Part shown: piece by piece, positions 53,876 through 64,000 of the stretch
Numbering within the stretch: position 1 is the first letter of the stretch
Layout: every line of letters begins with the position of its first letter
Source: Octopus vulgaris
Taxonomy: Eukaryota
NCBI GenBank assembly: GCA_951406725.2
Contig: OX597827.1
Coordinates: 76,136,001 to 76,200,000 of the forward strand
Direction of reading: 5' to 3'
DNA: 64,000 bases
The notes under the pieces: generated by a model
The model's input: the letters and a program-made list of their open reading frames with translations, nothing else
What the model was told of the DNA's origin: nothing
Database searches by the model: none
Made by a program: the position numbers and the translations under genes

Positions 53876-55514
53876 TATATATATATATAGATAGATAGAT
53901 ATAGTTATTGTTTAGTCACATGTTGGCCCTTTTGGAGTTGGGCCGATGATCGAAAGGCTTTCCAACCGTGGCCATTCTTTCATTTTCTTAGACACTGCAC
54001 CCAAAAGATGTTTCCTTCTAAGACAGCAAGGTTAGGATGTGTGAGATCTGGCTGCTATTTTTAGCGCGTCGAGTGACCGCTTTTGGCTCATTGTGTTTGT
54101 TGTTAAAGATTTGGAGGTAAGCTTCCGGCATGCTGAGAGCTCTCGCACCGGTTTCGATGCCTTGTCTACATTAACTTTTCGCCACCCAAGCTGCTATAAA
54201 TGTGCTTGAAAACGGCATTGATCATCGTATATAACCTATCCCTGTCCCCTTGTGTCCAAACGTACGAAATATAATACGTATGCGTGTTTGTATATATAAA
54301 TATATATACATACATATATATATATATATATATTTACACATATATATATATTTACACACACACACATGTATATATATATATACGTACATTTGTATGTGTA
54401 TGTATGAATGTGTTTATATGCTTGTGTGTATGTGTTACTGTTTAGCCCCAGGTCTTCCCTAACTAAGAAGACCTATGATGAAAGGCATTTTGTCCATAAT
54501 AACCCACAGTCCTTTTTCTCAGGTATTGCGTATCTGTGATTCGATAATCCTTTTAACGAGGTTAATGGATTAATAATAATTAAGGGGAGATTTGGCTACT
54601 ATTTCTAGCAGACTGATTAAACCGCACGAAGGCTCCTTCGTTCGTGTTCACGTTTTTTCGCTTCCCCCACCCCGCCAACGTCATGACTACCACTGCTGCC
54701 TCTTGATGTCGTCGTCCTCTTCCTGTTTCTGACATCACTGCCGTCGGGAAAGGGGTTAAGAAGAGGCGACAGAATGTTAACCCCACCTCCCTCTCTAACA
54801 GCACACACACATATACACCTATGTGTGCAGGTTTTTTGTTGATGTTATATGTGATGTCGCCTGTCTCCTTTCTCTCTCTCTCTTCCTCTCTGTCTCTCCG
54901 TCTCTATCTTTCTCTTTCTCTATCACAGGCTATCTCTGACTCTCTCTCTCTCTATCTTTCTCTTTCTCAGGCTATCTCTGACTTTCTCTCTCTCTCTATC
55001 CCTGTCAACTCCGTTGTACATCAAATAAGCACAGCACGCTCACAGAGAGAAGACATACACCTTACATCTATCGCCCTCTCTCTCTCTCTCTCTCTACCTC
55101 TATCTGTCTCTTTCAGATATAAACACCACGCGCACGCACACATCTGCACACTTACGAACACACACACTCACACACACATGCATACAAAGAGATATACGCA
55201 TGGCAATGTGGTTAAGAAGTTCGCTTTGCAACTACATGGTTCCGGGTTCGTTCTCAGTGTGAAACAGATTGCGCAAGTATCTTCTTTTATAGAGCAGATT
55301 TTACAATACCTTTTGGTAGACACAAAACTATTCAGACGTGTGCGTGTGTGTGATACAGATGTTTTGCATCCACTTTCCATGCTGGCATGGGTTGGACGAT
55401 TTCATGGATCCAGCGGGTTGGAGGACCTCATATTGATCCGGTGTCTCGATTTTGCTATGGTGTCCGTTGCTTCATGTCCTTCCTAATTCTAACCACTTTA
55501 CAGAGTGAATTACT

Positions 55515-55913
55515 CTTTTACTCTTTTACTTGTTTCATTCATTTGACTGCGGCCATGCTGGAGCACCGCCTTTAGTCGAGCAAATCGACCCCGGGACTTA
55601 TTCTTTGTAAGCCCAGTACTTATTCTATCTGTATCTTTTGCCGAACCGCTAAGTGACGGGGACGTAAACACACCAGCATCGGTTGTGAAGCAATGCTAGG
55701 GGGACAAACAGAGACACACAAACACACACACACACACATATATATATACATATATACGACAGGCTTCTTTCAGTTTCCGTCTACCAAATCCACTCACAAG
55801 GCATTGGTCGGCCTGGGGCTATAGCAGAAGATACTTGCCCAAGATGCCACGCAGTGGGACTGAACTCGGAACCATGTGGTTGGTAAGCAAGCTACTTACC
55901 ACACAGCCACTCC
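55515..55913 (-). mobile_element. SINE family A, near-consensus copy
   Basis: Full-length reverse-complement copy. Confidence 0.9.
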
Positions 55914-56194
55914 TTGAATGGCTTATTTTCGTAACTCTAGGACGTGTGAGTTTGCTGTGAGGAGACAGGGCGGTTGCTTCAAGTGAGCAGTTCAGGAGTT
56001 CGGGTATGATGCGAGGATTAGAAACAGGTGCTCCAAACCTCGGGTTTATATATGTTTCAGGCGCTGCTGTAAATGCTTGAACTGCACCAGGTCTTGTAAC
56101 AGAGGAGGTTTGACGTGGATACTATTAACAGCTGCAACCTATACAGCAATTCCCATGCAGCTAGTGCATCCATTCCCACTTATAAACAGAAATT

Positions 56195-56354
56195 GGCACA
56201 GGCGTGGCTGTGTGGTAAGAAGCTTGCTCCCTGACTACATGTTCCTGGTTCAGTTCTGTTGTGTGGCATCATGGGCAAGTGTCTTCTGCTACAACATTGG
56301 GCTGACCAAAGCCTTGTAAGCGGATTTGGTAGATAGAAACTGAAAGAAGCCCGT

Positions 56355-56391
<37 letters not shown>

Positions 56392-56645
56392 ATCTGTGTA
56401 TGTGTATATATATCTATGTGTGTGTCTTTGTGCCTGTGTTTGTCCACCACCACTACCACCGCTTGACTACTGCTGTTGGTTTGTTTATGTCTCTGTAACT
56501 TACCAGTTCAATATCAGTGACCAATAACCAGTAGGCTTTAAAAAATAAGTCGTGGGTTGATTCATTTCAACTTAAAACCCTTCAAAGGCATTGCCCCAGC
56601 ATGGCCACAGTCAAATGACTGAAATAAGTAAAAGATAAAAGAAAG
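56195..56645 (+). mobile_element. SINE family A, diverged copy
   Basis: Head and tail match family A. Confidence 0.8.
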
Positions 56646-56770
56646 ATAAAGGAATAAAGATGATGGTATGATATAAATTCATTAAAGGTTCTGATCGTTT
56701 CGACAGTTATCTGAACAATTTCATCAATTTACACTTTTGTCTGAACTTATAAGAATTATAAAGGGTCATA

Positions 56771-57321
56771 CGTGAGTGAGTCAAAAGGTAATACCATTTT
56801 GTGTAGGACAGGTATAATTACCAACACAGGAACGTGTATCATACATCAAAATGAAGCTGGTCCTCTGTGGATCACATCCCTACTTCTCAAAATAGTCACT
56901 GTTTCTCTCAATAGCAATGTTCCACCTTCGAATGAGAGCATGTATCCCTGCCCCGTAAAATTCTGTTGACTGTTCTTTGAGTCACTTCTTCACTACAGTT
57001 TTCACTTCCTCGTCACTGGACTATCATCTCTTCGGTGCCACAAAAGAGGGTTTGAGAGGCAAACATTATTCCAGTGACGAGGAGGTGAAAACTATAGTGA
57101 AGAAGTGGCTCAAAGAACAGTCAACAGAATTTTACGGGGCAGGGATACATGCTCTCATTCGAAGGTGGAACATTGCTATTGAGAGAAACGGTGACTATGT
57201 TGAGAAATAGAGATGTGATCCACAGTGGACCAGCTTCATTTTGATGTATGATACATGTTCCTGTGTTGGTAATTATACCTGTCCTAAACAGTATGGCATT
57301 ACTTTTTCTGACTCACCCTCA
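56771..57321. mobile_element. Palindromic mariner-derived element (~250-bp arms built from the transposase 3' end)
   Basis: TA TSD; 56771-57020 is the inverted copy of 57071-57321. Plus frame DYHLFGATKEGLRGKHYSSDEEVKTIVKKWLKEQSTEFYGAGIHALIRRWNIAIERNGDYVEK* is a mariner transposase C-terminus beginning at the third catalytic Asp motif. Confidence 0.9.
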
Positions 57322-57464
57322 TACAATAATGAATGACTGAATAAAGATTTCACCAGCCATCTCATCAGACCACTTAAAGTTATTTGAGTATATTTTGAGA
57401 ATTCCAGGGATTTACCTAGATGCATATATGTGTGTGTGTGTGCGTGTGTGTATATATGTGTGTG

Positions 57465-57825
57465 GCATTTCGTTGGTTATGACAACGAAGGCTCCAGTTG
57501 ATCTGATAAATAGAACAGCCTGCGTGTGAACATGCAAGTGGCTGAGCACTCCACAGACACGTGTACCCTTAATGTAGTTCTCGGGGAGATTCAGCGTGAC
57601 ACAGTGTGTGACAAGGAAGGCTCTTTGAAATACAGGTACAAGAGAAACAGGGAGAAAGTTGTGGCGAAAGAGTACAGCAGGGTTTGCCACCACCCACTAC
57701 CGGAGCCTCGTGGAGCTTTAGGTGTTTTCACTCAATAAACATTCACAACACCTGGTCTGGGAATTGAAACCGTGATCCTACAACCATGAGTCCGCTGCCC
57801 TAACCATCGGGCCATTGCACCTCCG
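57465..57825 (-). mobile_element. SINE family C
   Basis: Reverse-complement match to family C. Confidence 0.85.
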
Positions 57826-57873
57826 CATACACACACACTCTATATACATGTATATGTGTGTGTGTGTATATAT

Positions 57874-58250
57874 AGGCATAGGAGTGGCTGTGTGGTAAGA
57901 AGCTTAGTTCCCAACTGTATGGTTCAGTCCCACTGCATGGCACCTTGGGCAAGTATCTTCTTTTGCCTCAGGCTGACCAAAGCCTTATGAGTGGATTTGG
58001 TAGACAGAAACTGAAAGAAGCCCGTTGTATGTGTGTGTGTATCTTTGTATCTCTCTTTGTCTACACACCACTACTTGACAACTGGTGCTGAATTCTTTAC
58101 AACTCTGTAACATTAGCTGTTCAGCAAAAGAGTCTGATGAATTAAGTACCTGGCTTTAGTAAAGGGCTCAATTTGTTCAACTAAAAAATTCTTCAAGGCA
58201 TTGCCCCAGCATGGTCGCAGTCTAATGCTTGAAACAAGTAAAAGATAAAG
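57874..58250 (+). mobile_element. SINE family A
   Basis: Diverged copy. Confidence 0.8.
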
Positions 58251-59274
58251 ATATTCACCTGGATTTCCTTAATACCAACTGTCTCACATGTGTGTGTGTG
58301 TGTGTATGTGTGCATATACATATGATTTATGATAGATGGATAGATAGACTGATAGATAGATAGATGGATGGATGAATATGTATGTACATATACACACATA
58401 CATGCACACACTCAAATAAGAACAGGCATGACTGTTTGGCCAAATAATTCACTTGGAAACCACATGGTCCAGGGTTTGTTCCAGGTGTGTTGAACTATGG
58501 CCTAAGACTGCTTTGGGATTTGGTTGATGACAAAAATCGTGAGAAGCTTGTAATGTGTGTGTGTGTATGTGCTCGCATGCACGCATGTGCACGTGTATCT
58601 ACATGCATGTTAGTGTCTGTTTGTGTGTTTCCTCTCTCTTGACATATTCAGGCTGCATAAAAACAAAGTCACCATTCAAATAGGGGTTCTGGCCACAGCA
58701 AATCTGCTTCAGGTTTTGTTTGCCACATGCAAGCATGGAAAAGTGGCTGTTAGAATAATGATGATGATGTGTATGTGTGTGTATTGGCAATACTAATGAG
58801 GTGGCGAGCTGGCAGAAACGTTAGCACGTCGGGAGAAATGCTTAGCAGTATTTCATCTGTCTTTGTGGTCTCTGTCCAAATTCCGCCGAGGTTGACTTTG
58901 CCTTTCATCCTTTTGGGGCTCGATAAATTAAGTACCAGTTGCGTATTGGGGTTGATCATTGAAATCATACGTATATGTGTAGGTGTGGGTGTGGCTATAT
59001 GTGGTAGGAAGTTTACTTCCCAACCACATGGTCTTGGGTTCAGTCCCACTGTGTGGCATGTTGGGCAGGTGTCTTCAACTATAGTTCTGAGCTGACCAAT
59101 GCCTTCTGACTGGATTTTGTAGATGAAAACTGAATGAAGCCCATCAAAATGTGTGTGTGTTTGTGTTGCTATCTCTTTGCCTCAACTTCATGCTTTTATT
59201 TATTTATTTTTTTTATATACCCAGGCCTATTCCCTATATTTTAGTGGGTGGTGGCTACAACAAGACACACACCA

Positions 59275-59503
59275 TTATAAGGCGGCGAGCTGGCAGACAC
59301 GTTAGCGCGCCGGGCGGAATGCTTTGCGGTATTTCGTCTGTCGTTACGTTCTGAGTTCAAATTCCGCGGAGGTCGACTTTGCCTTTCATCTTTTCGGGGT
59401 CGATAAATAAAAGTACCAGTTACGCACTGGGGTCGATGTAATCGACTTAATCCCTTTGTTTGTCCTCTCTATGTTTAGCCCCTTGTGGGCAATAAAGAAA
59501 TAT
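59275..59503 (+). mobile_element. SINE family D, young full-length copy with TSD
   Basis: GGCGGCGAGCTGGCAGA...GAGTTCAAATTCC...AATAAAGAAAT; 15-bp TSD ACAAGACACACACCA (59260-59274 and 59504-59518). Another copy lies at 58799-58955. Confidence 0.9.
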
Positions 59504-59963
59504 ACAAGACACACACCAGGCATTCCGTTCATTTCCCAGCTCAAAGAGGCGAGCCGTGTTCTATGCTCAGGTCAAGGCATAGAATGCAACCCCCAATATC
59601 AGCAGCGGAGCCCAACAGTGTATGCTGGTTTACCCTCACTGCATTGTGCTGGTTCTGTACCCCTTTCGGCAACATCAAATTCACTCATCCATCCACAAAC
59701 ACTCTCCAACTTTTCCTATCGTTTATAAACTTCATGCGGTAGTCGTAAACAAATGTTATTGTCATAAAGGCAGTGTCCTTTGTGTCCAGTCTGCCATGAA
59801 AACATGTCTTGCCACAAGGGGATATTACCCTCCTTGAAAACAGGTGAAGATTGGCAACAGAAAGGGCATCTGGAGGTAGAAAATCCATCTTGACAAATTC
59901 CATCCGATCCATGCAAACATCGAAAAGTGGATGTTAAGCAATGATGATGATGATATATGTGCA

Positions 59964-60365
59964 TAGGCGCAGGAGTGGCTGTGGTAAGTAGCTTGCTAAC
60001 CAACCACATGGTTCCGGGTTCAGTCCCACTGCATGGCATCTTGGGCCAAGTGTTTTCTACTATAGCCCCGGGCCAACCAATGCCATGTGAGTGGATTTGG
60101 TAGGACAGAAACTGAAAGAAGCCTGTCGTATATATGTATATATATATGTGTGTGTGTGTATGTGTTTGTCCCCCTAGCATTGCTTGACAACAGATGCTGG
60201 TGTGTTTATGTCCCCGTCACTTAGTGGTTCGGCAAAAAGAGACCGATAGAATAAGTACTGGGCTTACAAAGAATAAGTCCTGGGGTCGATTTGCTCGACT
60301 AAAGGCGGTGCTCCAGCATGGCCACAGTCAAATGACTGAAACAAGTAAAAGAGAAAGAAAGAGAG
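59964..60365 (+). mobile_element. SINE family A
   Basis: Full-length copy. Confidence 0.9.
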
Positions 60366-60799
60366 AGATGACTGTATGTTTAAGATGTTCACTTGCGAAC
60401 CACATGGCTTCAAGTTCAGTCCCACTGTGCAGCACTTTGAGCAAGCGTCTACTATCACCTTGACCCAACCAAAGTTTTGTGAGTGAATTTAGTAGATGGG
60501 CAAATGAAAGGAGCTTGCTGTGTATATATGTGTGTGCGCATGTGTGTATTCCTCCTTGACTTGACATCACACACTCATATTAGGAATGAATATATTTCTA
60601 TCGTACAACTAGTGTTGTTTTTTTGCAATCATCTGTAAAATCATGACTGGCCATTGCACTATTCATGCTTGAAGGATTCAAGGGAAATGTTACCTTAATT
60701 GGGAACAGGTGAGGGAAAATATCCAGCCCTAAAAAATTTACTTCAATGAAATTTCATCTGACCTATGTAGGCATGGAAAAGAGGACATTTTGTATGTGT

Positions 60800-61003
60800 G
60801 TAGGGGTGCTGAAAGTTCCTGGCTTTGGGTAAAAGAAAATGCAGGTGGATCAGTTAATGATTTTATTCACCATATTCCTCTCTCGGATTCTCACACTTAT
60901 TGCAGCGGCCCTTTAAGCCCTGTAAAAGAACTTGGAAGGTTGAGCCTCCAACCAGGCCTTTTGCAGCACCTTTAAAGCCAGGAACTTTTCAGCACCCTTT
61001 CTA
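60800..61003 (-). mobile_element. Mariner-derived MITE (family M1)
   Basis: Both TIRs present (GGGGTGCTGAAAGTTCCTGGCTTT and AAAGCCAGGAACTTTTCAGCACCC). Confidence 0.8.
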
Positions 61004-62244
61004 TATATAATATCATCACTGTAAAGTGGATGGCATTAAAATCCAAGCCAAAACAGATAATGGAACCTGGTGCGGCCCCTAGCCTTGCCAGCTTCTGTCA
61101 AACTGTCCAACCCATGTCAGCATGGAAAACGAATGTCAAATGATAGTGATGACGATGATGATTACTCTGATGTCCACTTTTCCATGCTTGCATGAGTTGG
61201 ACAGAATTTGTTGAGACAGATTTTCCATAGCCAGGTGTCTTTCCTGTTGTGAGCCCTTATCTATTGCCACACCCTTCATGTTGCTAGCCCCAGTTTCTTT
61301 TGATATATATTCTTTTATTCTTTTATTTGCTTCAGTCCTTTGACTGCGGCCATGCAGGAGCACTGCCTTTAGTCAAGCAAATTGACCCCAGGACTTATTC
61401 TTTGTAAATCTAGTACTTATTCTATCAGTCTCTCTTGTTGAACCGCTAAGTGACGGGGACGTAAACACACCAGCATCGGTTGTCATCATATATATGTGTG
61501 TGTATGTTTTTGTGTCTGCTTTTGCCCCCCCCCCCACTGCTTGACAATCAGTGTTGGTGCGTTTATGCTAAATTCATTTTACTAAAAATTCTTCAAGGCG
61601 ATGCCCCAGCATGGCCACTGTCAAATGACTGAAACAAGTAAAAGATAAAAAAATATATTAAGCACTGCATTCATTGATGCATTCTTTGAGGAAACTCCAA
61701 TGATGTGTTTGAGTGTAGGTATATATCATCATCATCATCATCATCATCCTTTAATGTCCATATTTCGATACACGTATGGGTTGGATGGAATTTGTAGAGG
61801 CAGATTATTTAAGGTTGGATGCCCTTCCTGTTGCCAACCCCCACTTGTTTCCTATCTCAGGTAACCTTTCTCCGTGACCAGACATATTCGCATGGAAGAT
61901 TGGAGATGAAGGACACTGCTTGCGTGAAGGTGACACTCGTTTACAGCTGTCACATGATGTCAACACATAGAGACACTAATGCACACTCTTTCTCTCTCTC
62001 TCACACACACACACATTCATGTTATAGATCTACCAGTCTCCGCCTACCAAATTCATTCATAACGCTTTGGTTGGCTTAGGGCTATAGTAACACTTGCCCA
62101 AGGTGCCTCTCTATAGGCCTACATCCAGAACCATGTGGTTGGATTGCAGACTTCCTATCACACAGACATTTTTATATCATGCTTATTGTAAATGCAGTAT
62201 TTCATCCAGAGATAAACATCTCTAATGAACATGCTGTGTTTTAA

Positions 62245-62465
62245 CCCTCTAGTGTTCGCATTATTCTGCCAAAATTAATCCTTTTTAATCCACATTGTTT
62301 TGAACTAATCATGCATCATCTTGTAGTTATGAGATTTTGATGAGGTAGCTGTTCATTTTTCAAACGATATTGTAGGGTTGGTGTGAGAGACCAGATCTGG
62401 CCAGTTTAAACATAAAACAAGGAGAATACTTTTGGCCGTATATGGCCGGTTTAAATGCTAAAGGG
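62245..62465. mobile_element. piggyBac-type MITE
   Basis: TTAA|CCCTCTAGTGTT...AATGCTAAAGGG|TTAA. Confidence 0.75.
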
Positions 62466-62774
62466 TTAAAAAAATTATATGTATATCAGAGGCAGACGAA
62501 AACCAACCAAACTGTATTTCACTGCAAACGCTAAAACCACTTTGGAACCACCAGTTTGTGCTGAATCCATGGAAACACATATAGTGACTCTCCAAACAGT
62601 AACAATGTCTGTCTAACTGGTTTGTAATGTTATTATTAATTCACAAACAACATATTTGATGATAGATTTTTCAAAATCCAATACCAGTCACGGCACCAAT
62701 TCAGGAATTACAAATTATCTGACCACATGGCTTAACCTACAGTTATTTATTCTACAGTGCAGTTTGTCACAACA

Positions 62775-62881
62775 CTATCTAACCATCCATCTGTCTGTTT
62801 ATCTATCTATCTATCTATCCATCCATCCATCCATCCATCTATTTATCTCTCTATCTATCTATCTCTCTATCTCTCTATCTC

Positions 62882-62920
<39 letters not shown>

Positions 62921-63092
62921 GTTTGTCTGTCTGTCTGTTTGTCTATCTATCTATTTGTGTCTGTCTGTCAGTCTATCTATCTATCTGTCTGTCTGTTTGT
63001 CTATCTATCTATCTGTATCTATCTCTCTATTTGTCTGTCTGTCTATCTATCTGTTATCTATCTCTCTAATTATCTGTCTATCTATCTGTCTA

Positions 63093-63136
<44 letters not shown>

Positions 63137-63190
63137 AGTCTATCTAAGTTAACTATGTCTACCTAATTTCTATATCTATCTGTCTATCTA
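62775..63190. repeat. (TCTA)n/(TCTG)n microsatellite
   Basis: Direct inspection. Confidence 0.95.
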
Positions 63191-63669
63191 CCTCACGTGA
63201 CCTTGTTAGTTAGTACCATATGACACTCAGCATTGTTAGAGCATGGTTTTAATTCCCAGCCCGAGTGGTGCATTCTGTTTTTGAGCAAGACATTTCATTT
63301 CGTATTTCTCCTCTCCATTCCACTGTAAATGAGTTCCAAAATCTGGGAAGTTCACCCTGCAACAGGCAAGCATCCAATTCAGAGTTGGTGGAGAATGGTC
63401 TCAGTCACTGATATGCCATTGAAACCAGGCTAAGCTCCAGCCTTATGGGCCTTAGAACTCATGATAGACTTAGGTCTAAGTCAGGGTTTATCCTTTTACA
63501 TGTTTCAGTCATTTGACTGTGGCCATGCTGGAGCACCACCTATAGTTGAACAAATTGACTCCGGGACTTTGTAAGCCTAGTACTTATTCTATTGGTCTCT
63601 TTTGCGAAACCACTAAGTTTTGGGGACAAGCGATGATGGTAGGGACAAACACAGACAAAAAACATACAC

Positions 63670-64000
63670 ATAGGTGCAGGAGTGGCTGTGTGGTAAGTAG
63701 CTTGCTTACCAACCACATGGTTCTGGGTTCATTCCCACTGTGTGGCACCTTGGGCAAGTGTCTTCTACTATAGCCTCGGGCTGACCAAAGCCTTGTGAGT
63801 GGATTTGGTAGACAAAAACTGAAAGAAGCCCGTCGTATATATGTATATATATGTTTGTGTTTGTCCCCCAACATCGCTTGACAACCGATGCTGGTGTGTT
63901 TGCGTCCCTGTAACTTAGCGGTCCGGCAAAAGAGACCGATAGAATAAGTACTAGGCTTACAAAGAATAAGTCCTGGGGTCGATTTGGTCGACTAAAGGCG
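63670..64000 (+). mobile_element. SINE family A (runs off the window end)
   Basis: Near-consensus copy, preceded by an inverted A tail fragment at 63495-63660. Confidence 0.9.

Overview
AT-rich, microsatellite-dense eukaryotic DNA. The repeat content and the single-exon C2H2 gene suggest a coleoid cephalopod such as Octopus (inference). The only clear protein-coding ORF is a 615-aa C2H2 zinc-finger gene (6055-7902, +) with 10 intact fingers and a 53-Q tract. A plausible CpG-rich exon of a second gene lies at 53116-53217. The rest is mobile DNA and simple repeats: three tRNA-headed SINE families, a headless (GAT)n-tailed retro-element family, RTE and R4/Dong LINE fragments, mariner and piggyBac-type MITEs, and Helitron/HINE elements. 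Two signals are not explained by the ORF track. (1) AT-rich fold-back elements carry minimal type-I hammerhead ribozyme motifs with palindromic stem III, in a Penelope-like/retrozyme architecture. One motif has a perfect core and lies in sense orientation about 520 nt downstream of the zinc-finger stop codon; three more cluster at 34.6-36.2 kb. (2) A ~2.6-kb Helitron-like element encloses a full-length 5S rRNA copy. Almost all other ORFs in the track are microsatellite or SINE artefacts.
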